Positions 19,230 through 28,860 of a stretch of DNA of 58,095 nt are shown piece after piece; the first letter of the stretch is position 1; each line of letters starts with the position of its first letter. Source of the stretch: an uncultured Bacilli bacterium (GTDB taxonomy: Bacteria; Bacillota_I; Bacilli_A; RF39; UBA660); contig CANQHQ010000004.1 of assembly GCA_947623825.1 (NCBI GenBank), positions 1 through 58,095 of the forward strand. Reading direction: 5' to 3'. The translations under genes were made by a program, and so were the position numbers. Below the pieces are notes generated by a model. The model had not been told where the DNA came from and ran no database searches. It saw only the letters and a program-made list of their open reading frames with translations.

Positions 19230-20381
19230 TTAAACCATCTCTTTTTCGTGTTGAAACTCTAAAATCGATTGTAAGAAAAACTCATCTGTCATTCCAGAAA
19301 TATAATCTAAAACGATTCGCTTGGGATTGGTTTTTTTCAAGTAGGTTGGATCTGCTTTTTTGAGATAAATTTGATAAATAGCACTGTCTTCTCTTTCTTC
19401 TTCTAAATCCTTTAAACACTTTTCATATAAGGCATTCATGGATTTTTTATAAAAAGCAATTTGTTCTTTCGAATTCGCTTTATGATAAATGTTTTGATAA
19501 TTGAATTTTTTTAAATCGACAAGTGCTCGATACACTTCTTGACTCATTTCAATATATGGTTTTCCTAAACTATTCTCAATTATGTCGACAATGATAGTAT
19601 TTACAATTTCCCGGTTGGTTGTACCTAAAACTTTTTGAATATTTTGGGGAATATCTTTTCTTTGAATCACCCCTACTTCGATGGCATCTTCGATATCTCT
19701 TCCAATATAACCGATAACGTCACTGATTCTTACTACGCATCCTTCTAAAGTCATAGGTCTTACACTGCGCAATACTTCTTCCTTTTGATAACAATTTTGA
19801 TATTCCTCTAGGAAAGATTCTTTCGTCTTGGGCATTGGTTCATATCGATTGGATAACATTTCTCCATTATGACAGAGAATTCCATCCAAAACCTGCATCG
19901 TTAGGTTTAATCCTTTTTGATTTTTTTCTAAATCCATGTAGACACGAACTCCTTGGACATTATGAGCGAAGATTTCCCCCAATTCTCGTTTAGAAATTTC
20001 ATTTAAAATTGCCTCTCCAGTATGACCAATCGGTGTATGTCCGATATCGTGCCCAAGTGCCATCGCCTCAATCAAATCTTCATTTAAATTCAAGGCTCTT
20101 CCAATCGTTCTAGCAATTTTGCTCACCAGTTGGACGTGAACAATTCGTTTACTTAAATGATCGTTTTTAGAAAAAGAGAATACTTGCGTTTTATTGAGAT
20201 ATCTCGTATAAGAATGCGCGTGAATAATCCGATCGATGTCTCGGTAAAAAGGAGGGCGGAAATCTTCATCCTCCTCTTCTTGAAATCGGATTGCCTCTTT
20301 CGATAGACAGGCATATTCTCCTAACGTTGTTTCTTTTTTCAAAAAATTTTCCATGACTTGTTCTCTTATTTTTTTATCCAT
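19230..20381 (-). CDS. dGTPase-like HD-domain deoxynucleoside triphosphate triphosphohydrolase
   Basis: LGHDIGHTPIGH HD motif, and length and layout typical of the dGTPase type 2/3 family. Confidence 0.85.
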   Translation of the reverse strand: MDKKIREQVMENFLKKETTLGEYACLSKEAIRFQEEEDEDFRPPFYRDIDRIIHAHSYTRYLNKTQVFSFSKNDHLSKRIVHVQLVSKIARTIGRALNLNEDLIEAMALGHDIGHTPIGHTGEAILNEISKRELGEIFAHNVQGVRVYMDLEKNQKGLNLTMQVLDGILCHNGEMLSNRYEPMPKTKESFLEEYQNCYQKEEVLRSVRPMTLEGCVVRISDVIGYIGRDIEDAIEVGVIQRKDIPQNIQKVLGTTNREIVNTIIVDIIENSLGKPYIEMSQEVYRALVDLKKFNYQNIYHKANSKEQIAFYKKSMNALYEKCLKDLEEEREDSAIYQIYLKKADPTYLKKTNPKRIVLDYISGMTDEFFLQSILEFQHEKEMV

Positions 20382-20456
20382 TCTTTCCCACCTACTTTAA
20401 CCAATATAATACCAAAGAAAAAGAGAAAAGAAACTCTTTTTTTGAATTTTTTCCCT

Positions 20457-22073
20457 TTATTCAGAATTTTTCCTACGAATTTCTTTTACTTCTTCATTTT
20501 CTAAATATTCATCGTAAGGAAGACGACGGTCGATAATCCCATTTTTCGGAAGAATTTCGATGATACGATTCGCAATGGTTTCAATTAACTGATGGTCATG
20601 AGAAGCCAAAAGAAGTTCTGAATTATATTTCATTAATCCGTTATTGAGGGAAGTAATACTCTCTAAATCCAAGTGATTGGTTGGTTCATCGAGAATTAAA
20701 AAATTAGCGGCTTCCAACATACATTTTGATAACATACAGCGAGCCTTTTCTCCTCCCGATAAAACAGGTACTTTTTTGAAAACATCCTCCCCCGAAAACA
20801 ACATTCTTCCTAAAAATCCTCGAAGAATGGTTTCATCATCTACGGAATAATACTCTCCTATCCATTCCATAATGGTCTCTTCTTTTTTAAAATAATCGCT
20901 ATTGTCCTGAGGAAAATAACTTTTCGTAATGGTCTTTCCCCAAGTCACTTCTCCACTATCTGGTTCGATTTCTCCCATTAAGATACGGAACAGTGTGGTT
21001 TTCGCAATATCATCCGGTCCCACAAAAGCAATTTTATCTCCCTTTAAAACCGTAAAAGAGACTTGGTCCAACACCTTTCTTCCATCGATGGTTTTAGAAA
21101 GATTGGTTACTGTCAAAATTTCTTTTCCACTTGGTCTTTCTGGCGTAAAATCAATATACGGATACTTTCTAGAAGAAGGGACAATCTCTTCTAGTTCAAT
21201 TTTTTCTAACATTTTTTTCCGACTCGTAGCTTGACGACTCTTGGAAGCATTTGCTGAAAATCTCGCAATGAAATCTTGCAATTCTTTGATTTTTTCTTCT
21301 TTCTTTTTATTGGATTCTTTCATTTGTTTCAAAGCCAATTGACTCGATTCATACCAAAAATCATAATTTCCTATGTAAAGTTTCATTTTTCCATAATCGA
21401 TATCGACGATATGAGTACAAACCTTATTTAAAAAATGACGGTCGTGACTCACGACGATGACTGTATTTTGATAGTTTATTAGAAATTCTTCTAACCATCG
21501 AATGGCTTCGATATCTAAGTTATTGGTTGGTTCATCTAAAAGAAGAATGTCTGGATTTCCAAACAAAGCCTGAGCCAATAAAACTTTTACTTTCATCTTG
21601 GCAGGAATTTCTTTCATGACGGCATCATGATATTCGACAGGAATCCCTAGATTGGCTAATAACTCTCCTGCTTCACTCTCCGCTTCCCAACCATTGAGTT
21701 CCATGAACTCTGCTTCTAATTCCGCAAGACGCATCCCATCTGCATCCGTAAATTCTGTATGAGAATAAAGTTCTTCTTTTTCTTTACTAATCTTATATAA
21801 CTTTTCATTTCCCATGATGACTGTTTCCATCACAGTATGATCATCATAAGCATAATGATTCTGTTTCAAAACGGAAAGCCGTGCTCCTTTGGCTAAGATA
21901 ATTTCTCCACTACTTGTTTCTATTTCTCCACTTAAAAGTTTTAAAAACGTACTTTTCCCAGCTCCATTGGCACCAATCAAACCATAACAATTTCCATTAG
22001 TAAATTTTAGATTTACGTCTTCAAATAATGTTCTTTTCCCAAAACGTAATGTCACATCTCTTGCTTCTATCAT
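20457..22073 (-). CDS. ABC-F family ATPase (YkpA/YbiT-like, no membrane domain)
   Basis: Two ABC cassettes (GANGAGKST, and LSGGEKARC with LILDEPTNHLD) joined by a charged linker. Start set to the ATG at 22073 (GGAGG SD 5 nt upstream). Confidence 0.92.
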   Translation of the reverse strand: MIEARDVTLRFGKRTLFEDVNLKFTNGNCYGLIGANGAGKSTFLKLLSGEIETSSGEIILAKGARLSVLKQNHYAYDDHTVMETVIMGNEKLYKISKEKEELYSHTEFTDADGMRLAELEAEFMELNGWEAESEAGELLANLGIPVEYHDAVMKEIPAKMKVKVLLAQALFGNPDILLLDEPTNNLDIEAIRWLEEFLINYQNTVIVVSHDRHFLNKVCTHIVDIDYGKMKLYIGNYDFWYESSQLALKQMKESNKKKEEKIKELQDFIARFSANASKSRQATSRKKMLEKIELEEIVPSSRKYPYIDFTPERPSGKEILTVTNLSKTIDGRKVLDQVSFTVLKGDKIAFVGPDDIAKTTLFRILMGEIEPDSGEVTWGKTITKSYFPQDNSDYFKKEETIMEWIGEYYSVDDETILRGFLGRMLFSGEDVFKKVPVLSGGEKARCMLSKCMLEAANFLILDEPTNHLDLESITSLNNGLMKYNSELLLASHDHQLIETIANRIIEILPKNGIIDRRLPYDEYLENEEVKEIRRKNSE

Positions 22074-22312
22074 AGGTACCTCCAAAACTATTCATAATTT
22101 TACTATACTTTTTTTCTCATGGCAAGATGAAAGAAGCGATTTCTTCCTTTATCATGCAGTATTCCGTTGAAAGGAAACCATAATAAAATATGTCCACCTT
22201 TTCATTTTCATTCAAATCATAGACAAAAGAGAGAATCATTTACTATATTTTTGGTTCTCCTTCAACTTCGATTATTCTTTATCAATTCTATTACTTTTTT
22301 TCCATATGCCGA

Positions 22313-22344
22313 CAAAAAAGGTGTAGTTTCCACTACGCCTTTTA
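22313..22344 (-). terminator. Probable terminator after the 1934-aa gene (hairpin usable on both strands)
   Basis: Plus strand AAAAAAGGTGTAG-TTTCC-CTACGCCTTTT. The minus-strand version has one C.A mismatch followed by T6. Confidence 0.4.
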
Positions 22345-22398
22345 TTGTTCATCATAAGCATGTTTGTGAATGTTTTTTCTCACCATCTTGGAAATATT

Positions 22399-25300
22399 TT
22401 ATTCCATTACTACTTCTGATGGAAACTTTGGTCCTTGCACTTCTGATGGTACTTTATCAGCTTCCGTTCCCTCAGGTGTTTTAACATATTTAACAGTAAC
22501 GTCACTTAGATTAGTATGTAAATTAATACCACTAAAGTCCGTGTGTGAATCATCCCACTCTATCGTAATGTTACCACGACCAAACTTAATATCTGCCTTA
22601 TCACCAGAAGCTTCTTTTTCAATTTTCATAGCGCATGAAGTTTTTACGGTGTTTCCAAGGAATCTTATATCTGGTTCACCATCTTCACCATCTTGTATTA
22701 CAGCATCCTCAGCAAAACCATTAATGATAATTACGCATTTAGGGTCATCACCATCTGCTTTAGGGAAGTTATTCAAGTAAAGATCAGATCCTTCACCTAA
22801 CTTTCCAGTTACATAGACATAAGATTTTGTGATATTTTTAGCATCAAATCCCTTTGAACCACCCGTACCCATATAGCGAATATCTACTACAGAGTGATTA
22901 TTTGTATATTTGATAGCATAGTCAACAGCATTCTCGCCTGTGTTTGATAAGGCACCTTGCCATAAAGCAAATTTTTTACCTTTCACTTCGATTAACGAAT
23001 CTTGACCTTTCTCAGCTGCAATCTCTAAATTAACACGATTAATGAAGACACTTTCAGCTGAATCCGCAACAACAATCTTTTTAGCCTTTATTATCGTATT
23101 ACTATTTGGTTGGCCAATAATAGAAACACCATTTGTAATCTTAAGTTCTTCTTCACCATAATCGATAACGGCATTTCCATCGGTAATATAAATAGCTTTG
23201 ACACTAGGGTCATTTATTGCTCCTTTAAATCCTTCTGTATCTGAAACTTTCTTAACGCCATCAGCAAGTGTTACCTTGAATACTGCCCAATAGTGAGCAT
23301 CTTCCGTAACTTTCAATGCATCTTTATTTACTGCTCCAGCAGGAAGATTATCTCCCGTTAATACTTGGCTAGAATCTTTCGTAAATCCAATTAAAGTATA
23401 AGTTTCACCATAATGTTCAAAAGTACCAAATACTGGACTTGTCGGAACCTTTAGATTTTCACCGTAATAATTATATTTCGTATCAGCTTTTCTATATGGA
23501 CCTTGGTAGTTATAGATTACTGTCGTATAAATCTTTGCGTTTTTAGAATCGTTATAATAGTTGAAGTAAGTATAATCTGAATCTGTTTCTTTGGTATCAC
23601 TATCCGCTGCATTAAAGTTTATTTTTTCCTTCACGACTTGAGAAGCTTTTCCATTTCCACTATCAGTTAAATTAACAGTAGCTCCTGTCTTAGCCGTTCT
23701 TACGATAGGATGTTCATATGTTTCTTTTTCATATGTTAAGTTACTAGCCGTAAGTTTTCCGCCTTCTTTGACATCGATAGCAACGTCTAATTTGTTGTCA
23801 GGATCAGTTGCTACAAATTTTAATTTGGTTGCCGTTAGTTCACCATTACTCTCAACATCAATCAATGTTTTGGTGTTTTCTCCTGCTTTTAGAGAAAGAT
23901 TTTCAATTTTTACACCAGTAGAACTTACTTTAAAGATAGCGTTACCTGTTTTAGAAGTTAACATCGTTCCGTCAGAACTATTGATATCTACGGCTCTATT
24001 GATATCTATTGTTTCTTCAACTTCGAATGATTTTTCAATATAAATCGTTTTATAGTCTTTCGTTAAGGCTTGTTTCAAAGTTTCTTCATCTACTACACTT
24101 ACAATATCAGAATCAAAGTTAAATTCATAAACTGTTTTATCTGCATTAGCCAATTGAACAGAATTATCTAAATCTCCAATGGTTATACTAAAGTTTTTAT
24201 CATTTAAAACCATGTTGTTTAAAGTGTATTCTGCTTCTCCACCTTCGTCTTTTAAGACTTCAGCAAATAAGGCTTTCGCACCAGCTTGAATTTTTCCTTT
24301 TAGAGCAGTTCCTGTTTCATCTAAACTAATAGGTTGAACCTCATTATTTGCACCATCTTTAGTAAATACTACTTGTTTACCGTCAGATGAAAGAGTAATC
24401 TCTTTTACTTCACCTCTTTGAAGAATGTAAGCGATGGCTCCAGGGATGCTAGTATCATTTAAGATACTTAACTTCGATTTAGGATTTTTTACATCAAATG
24501 TAATGGTAGTGTCTGTTTTAGAAATAGCAAAATGAGAAGAGAAATCACTCGAGTAATCTGTTTCAGCACTTCCTAAATCCGAAATAACATCTGTAAGGAA
24601 TTTATCTACATCAAGCGTATAATGTGCTTGTAATGTAATATCTTCATTTTCTCCTGTTTTTGAATCTTCTTGGCCTAATACAAACGGTGTCTCTGCACTT
24701 CCAGTTGTCTTATACCAATAATCAAAATCATGATAAGCATAATTTTTTCCTTCAAATGTTGGTGCTAATGTTTCTGGAATTACTTCATCCTCATAAACCT
24801 TAGCTTCTTTTGTCTCAATCTTACCTGTTGTTTCATCAAAATATTGGAAAGTGATTTTATTTTCAGTTTGATAGTCTAAGTTTTCATAAGATATCGTGTA
24901 TTCCAATGGTAAAAATGCATCTTCTTCACCATCAAAGTCTATCTCATATTTAAGTTTAGAAGTCTCACTATCTTTATTAAGTTTAAATAGAACTAATACC
25001 CATCCTTGACTATATTCCTCATCTTTAGGTTTGTACGCAGACATCTTTTTTCCAGACTCATTATATAGAGTTATAGTCCACTTATTCTTATAAGCTGTTA
25101 GATTACTATCTGTTGGGAAAGATATTTTCATTGGAACAAAGTATCCAGTAGGATTAGAAAATCCTGTTGTACCATTCAATGTTTGTTCCTTTATTTTTCC
25201 TTCAATACCATCTTTATAATGATTATCTGGTTGATCAGTGTTTGTGTGAATGTTTACATTTTCAACTGTCTCTACATTAAATCCATATCCCGTTAATTCT

Positions 25301-28203
25301 GTTTTTGCGGAAGATTCCTCTGTTAAATCTGCTTTTTTAAGAACATCATAGTCAACAGATCCACGAGAATAATCTTGGAATTTTAAATCACTATAGTCTA
25401 TTGTTACAGTATATGGAGCGTACTCTTCCTTGTCTTCTCCATCTAAGTCAACTGTGATTGTAAACCATTTGTCAGTATCGGCAAGTGCAGAACCATCTTC
25501 GTTCGTAGTTTTTAATGCTTTTAAGATATAAAGAAGATGTGAACTATTAAAATCATCACCAAATACCTTTAAATATGAAGTGCTTTCTGTATCATGTACG
25601 AACTTGATATTAATTTTCTGATTTCCATCATTATTATAATCTTGTGGAGCATTTATTAATTTTAGACCTAATCCTAAATAATAAAGTCGATTAGGAGAAT
25701 CAAATGGCTCCTCATCTTTCCAATCTCCCTCTTCGAGAATTGGTAAAACTCCACTTACCTTATATTTATGTGAATCCGTTTCATCGGCAGTTACACTTAC
25801 AGAATATCCATCTTCGGTATTATACCAACCAGTATTTGGAAATTGTGATTCTACTTCTTTGTCAATAGATTCAACTGTAAATATTGATGATTTTTCAAAG
25901 GTTACTTTACTATAATCGATTGTATAAAGTGCTGGTAAATAGTTATTACCATCCCCATCGTAATCGACACTATAATATACTTTACATGTGTCTCCATTAT
26001 CTTTACAGTTTGGATCACTTTCAATTTGGAATAAAACAGTTAAACTACCGTCGTCATTATATTCACTTGACTGAAATTCTTTCTTCTTACTACCCGTTAA
26101 GTTAGCGCTTGCTAGACGGGCTATTTTAACTTTGTCTTTGCTAACTCCTGTTGGAAGTGTAAAGGTAAAGTCAAAGTAATATCCCGTTTTCTTGTCATCT
26201 CCAAAAGCCTCACCATTTAACAATACTTGTTCAACAAGCGTTCCAGTTAATTCTCCATTCGTAAGAGATAATTCTTTATTTACCTCGCTCTTGTAACCCC
26301 ATTTTGTAAATGTCTCTTTGTCTTTTGCACTAGCTTTATTTAGGGAAACTTGAGGAATCGTTTTTTCTTGAAGTGTTAATTCACTCCAATCAAATGTAAG
26401 GGTATATGGAGTATATTCTTCTCCCTCTCCATCCATATCGACGATAATCGTAAATGTCTTATCTTCTGCATCTTTATGTAGATGTCTTAAAATATATAAT
26501 ACATCATTACCATCGAAATTATCAGCTGTTAGAGTTTTGGATTCTTCTCCTTCATGAATAAATTGAACTGTTGTTTTGTTATCAGTATCCTTTTTAGCTG
26601 TTTCTGTCTTGATTACAAATGGCAAATAGTAACCAGTTTTATCTTCTCCTTCAAATGGATCTTTACTTTCAGTAAATGTTTCTAGAATTGGAAGTAACCC
26701 TTTTACTTTTACCTTTGTTCCTTCCGTTTTAAATTGAACATCGAAATGATCAGGTTGTTTCCATCCATAAGTTTCCTCTAATGGATTTTTTGCTAAACCA
26801 CCATCAGCAACATCTAAAACACTAAATTTTGAACTTTTAACAAAAGTTAAATCTTTGTAATTAATTGTGATTGTTTGAGATTCTAAGTATTCCTTTCCTT
26901 CTCCATCCCAATCGACAGTAATTTCAATTTTGCAATCCGTATCTCCCTCGCATTTATCTTTTAACTTGAATATTTCAGTAAATACGCCTTGTTCGTTAAA
27001 ATATTCCTTACCATACGTTAATTCTTTTTCACCTTTCACAGTTACTTTAACACCTTCTGGTACAGTAACTAAATCATCTGGCTTCTTAAGATTGAACACA
27101 AAGAAGTAACCATCTTGAGCCTCAGTACTAAATCCACCTGCTCTCATGCTTTGTAATTCTACTTTTCCAGTTAATTTATATGTACCATCTTCTTGTGAAA
27201 CTAATTGATAATGCTTATTATCTCCAAATGAGGTGTAACCCCAATCTTGTAAAGTAGCTTTATCTTCAGTTGAAATATCATCTTCCTTGTCAGTCAAAGA
27301 TACCTTTGAGTCTTCTTGGAAAGTTAAACCACTTAAATCTAATGTATAGTCTGTTGCTCCATATTCTGTACCATCACCATCGAGATCGACACTAACTTCA
27401 AAAATCTTATCATCACTCGTAGGACTTACAGAACATAATACAAGTAATCCAGATTTACCTTCTACATTCTGTACATCGAAACTATCATACCCTATTGTTT
27501 TAGTTCTATTATTACCTTTTAAGATCACTTTCGTAGCATCTGTAGCATTAGGTATTTCGACAACAAAACCAAAATAGTATCCTGTAGCATCATCACCATT
27601 AAATACAGATGGATCGATGTTATCATATTTTAATAATAATCCAGTTAATTTACCAGTTGCAGGATCATAACTAAGTTCTTCACTTAGAGTGTTATTACCA
27701 CCTGTAATTTTTAAAGTTCCTTCAAAAGCATTTTTATAAGTAGTTTCAGTTGTCTTTGTTAAATCAACTGTCGCTTTTGATTTTTCAGCATAATACTTAT
27801 AATCAATGTAGCGAATATTGACTGTTTTACCACTACTCAAATCTAATTTTGTTTCACCTAAAACGGTAGTCGGTTCTTTCCATCCTGTATATTGAAAGTT
27901 TTCAGACTTTCTCTCTATCTTCTGAACCGCCATTTTGCCATAGATTGAAGTAGCATTTGTATAGCCATCGGCATCAGTAATTCCGGTAATACTTCTTGCT
28001 GCCAACATAAGATCTTGGGCAGTCAAAGTATGTTTGGAAGTAAAAGCATACTCACCAATGACATATACATACTCTGCATCTGGTTCTTTTTGTGCCACTT
28101 CTTTTCCGAGTTCTTCTAATGTCATTTCTCTTGCGGACACAGAAGTCATTGTCAAAAAGAGTGTCATAAAAGTAAAGAGTAGATATTTGATTTCTCTTTT
28201 CAT
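22399..28203 (-). CDS. Giant secreted repeat protein (1934 aa), paralogue of the 1180-aa protein
   Basis: Signal peptide ...MTSVSA|RE. In aa 25-152, 91 of 128 residues are identical to the 1180-aa protein by hand count. Six tandem 157-173-aa modules end near aa 295, 454, 611, 769, 942 and 1111, each with TGYYF and VDxDG[DE]GxEY..YT[IL]D[YLW]S.LTF. Flg_new-like repeats follow, and the C-terminal third looks like a beta-helix. No LPXTG and no TM anchor. Confidence 0.9.
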   Translation of the reverse strand: MKREIKYLLFTFMTLFLTMTSVSAREMTLEELGKEVAQKEPDAEYVYVIGEYAFTSKHTLTAQDLMLAARSITGITDADGYTNATSIYGKMAVQKIERKSENFQYTGWKEPTTVLGETKLDLSSGKTVNIRYIDYKYYAEKSKATVDLTKTTETTYKNAFEGTLKITGGNNTLSEELSYDPATGKLTGLLLKYDNIDPSVFNGDDATGYYFGFVVEIPNATDATKVILKGNNRTKTIGYDSFDVQNVEGKSGLLVLCSVSPTSDDKIFEVSVDLDGDGTEYGATDYTLDLSGLTFQEDSKVSLTDKEDDISTEDKATLQDWGYTSFGDNKHYQLVSQEDGTYKLTGKVELQSMRAGGFSTEAQDGYFFVFNLKKPDDLVTVPEGVKVTVKGEKELTYGKEYFNEQGVFTEIFKLKDKCEGDTDCKIEITVDWDGEGKEYLESQTITINYKDLTFVKSSKFSVLDVADGGLAKNPLEETYGWKQPDHFDVQFKTEGTKVKVKGLLPILETFTESKDPFEGEDKTGYYLPFVIKTETAKKDTDNKTTVQFIHEGEESKTLTADNFDGNDVLYILRHLHKDAEDKTFTIIVDMDGEGEEYTPYTLTFDWSELTLQEKTIPQVSLNKASAKDKETFTKWGYKSEVNKELSLTNGELTGTLVEQVLLNGEAFGDDKKTGYYFDFTFTLPTGVSKDKVKIARLASANLTGSKKKEFQSSEYNDDGSLTVLFQIESDPNCKDNGDTCKVYYSVDYDGDGNNYLPALYTIDYSKVTFEKSSIFTVESIDKEVESQFPNTGWYNTEDGYSVSVTADETDSHKYKVSGVLPILEEGDWKDEEPFDSPNRLYYLGLGLKLINAPQDYNNDGNQKINIKFVHDTESTSYLKVFGDDFNSSHLLYILKALKTTNEDGSALADTDKWFTITVDLDGEDKEEYAPYTVTIDYSDLKFQDYSRGSVDYDVLKKADLTEESSAKTELTGYGFNVETVENVNIHTNTDQPDNHYKDGIEGKIKEQTLNGTTGFSNPTGYFVPMKISFPTDSNLTAYKNKWTITLYNESGKKMSAYKPKDEEYSQGWVLVLFKLNKDSETSKLKYEIDFDGEEDAFLPLEYTISYENLDYQTENKITFQYFDETTGKIETKEAKVYEDEVIPETLAPTFEGKNYAYHDFDYWYKTTGSAETPFVLGQEDSKTGENEDITLQAHYTLDVDKFLTDVISDLGSAETDYSSDFSSHFAISKTDTTITFDVKNPKSKLSILNDTSIPGAIAYILQRGEVKEITLSSDGKQVVFTKDGANNEVQPISLDETGTALKGKIQAGAKALFAEVLKDEGGEAEYTLNNMVLNDKNFSITIGDLDNSVQLANADKTVYEFNFDSDIVSVVDEETLKQALTKDYKTIYIEKSFEVEETIDINRAVDINSSDGTMLTSKTGNAIFKVSSTGVKIENLSLKAGENTKTLIDVESNGELTATKLKFVATDPDNKLDVAIDVKEGGKLTASNLTYEKETYEHPIVRTAKTGATVNLTDSGNGKASQVVKEKINFNAADSDTKETDSDYTYFNYYNDSKNAKIYTTVIYNYQGPYRKADTKYNYYGENLKVPTSPVFGTFEHYGETYTLIGFTKDSSQVLTGDNLPAGAVNKDALKVTEDAHYWAVFKVTLADGVKKVSDTEGFKGAINDPSVKAIYITDGNAVIDYGEEELKITNGVSIIGQPNSNTIIKAKKIVVADSAESVFINRVNLEIAAEKGQDSLIEVKGKKFALWQGALSNTGENAVDYAIKYTNNHSVVDIRYMGTGGSKGFDAKNITKSYVYVTGKLGEGSDLYLNNFPKADGDDPKCVIIINGFAEDAVIQDGEDGEPDIRFLGNTVKTSCAMKIEKEASGDKADIKFGRGNITIEWDDSHTDFSGINLHTNLSDVTVKYVKTPEGTEADKVPSEVQGPKFPSEVVME

Positions 28204-28233
28204 TTTCTTTTCTCCTTTCTTCTGTATTTTGTC

Positions 28234-28836
28234 TTATTGTTTATTATTATTCTTTATTATTTTAGAATTCTTGTTTTCTTTTTTCTTTTTGATCATTACA
28301 ACCGCACTAACGATTAATCCGATTACAACAATTGTTAGGATTAAGACGATTCCCACGGTTGTCCAAAGAGGTAAACTTTCGTCAGAGTGATATATTTCTT
28401 TATTTGTTTCTAAGCACTCTTCCATATCCCCATTATTTCTTGCTCTAGCAACAATGTCACAGTAACTATCGGCTTCATTATATGCTGTAGCAGCTTCTTT
28501 AATTTTGTCTTTTACTTGGTCATTGAAACCAACAAAGTAGTTCGATCCAATAATTGTTATAGGTAAATCATCTTCTTTAGAAAACAATTTATCTTTTATA
28601 GTTTTAAATAGTTCTTCCTTATCTGTTTTATCGAAATATTCAAAGCTCACTGTGTTTTCCTTATTTGAATACTCTTGTAACCACTCTTTTTCCTCAGCAC
28701 ATAATTCGCAATTCTCTTCTCCAAATAAGTACACTTTTAAATCTGCATATTGGGAAGAATTCGTAACTACTGCATTTACTTCCAACGAGGGTAATAGAAG
28801 AACACAAGCAAGAATTACAAATAAACTTTTTTTCAT
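28234..28836 (-). CDS. Exported, C-terminally membrane-anchored thioredoxin/glutaredoxin-fold CxxC protein
   Basis: Signal peptide ...LEVNA|VV. VYLFGEENCELCAEEKEWL CxxC at the start of a helix, with LPITIIGSNYFVGF (cis-Pro region). C-terminal TM helix plus a K-rich tail. Confidence 0.7.
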   Translation of the reverse strand: MKKSLFVILACVLLLPSLEVNAVVTNSSQYADLKVYLFGEENCELCAEEKEWLQEYSNKENTVSFEYFDKTDKEELFKTIKDKLFSKEDDLPITIIGSNYFVGFNDQVKDKIKEAATAYNEADSYCDIVARARNNGDMEECLETNKEIYHSDESLPLWTTVGIVLILTIVVIGLIVSAVVMIKKKKENKNSKIIKNNNKQ

Positions 28837-28860
28837 GTTACCTCCTAGTTAGTTAAAATT

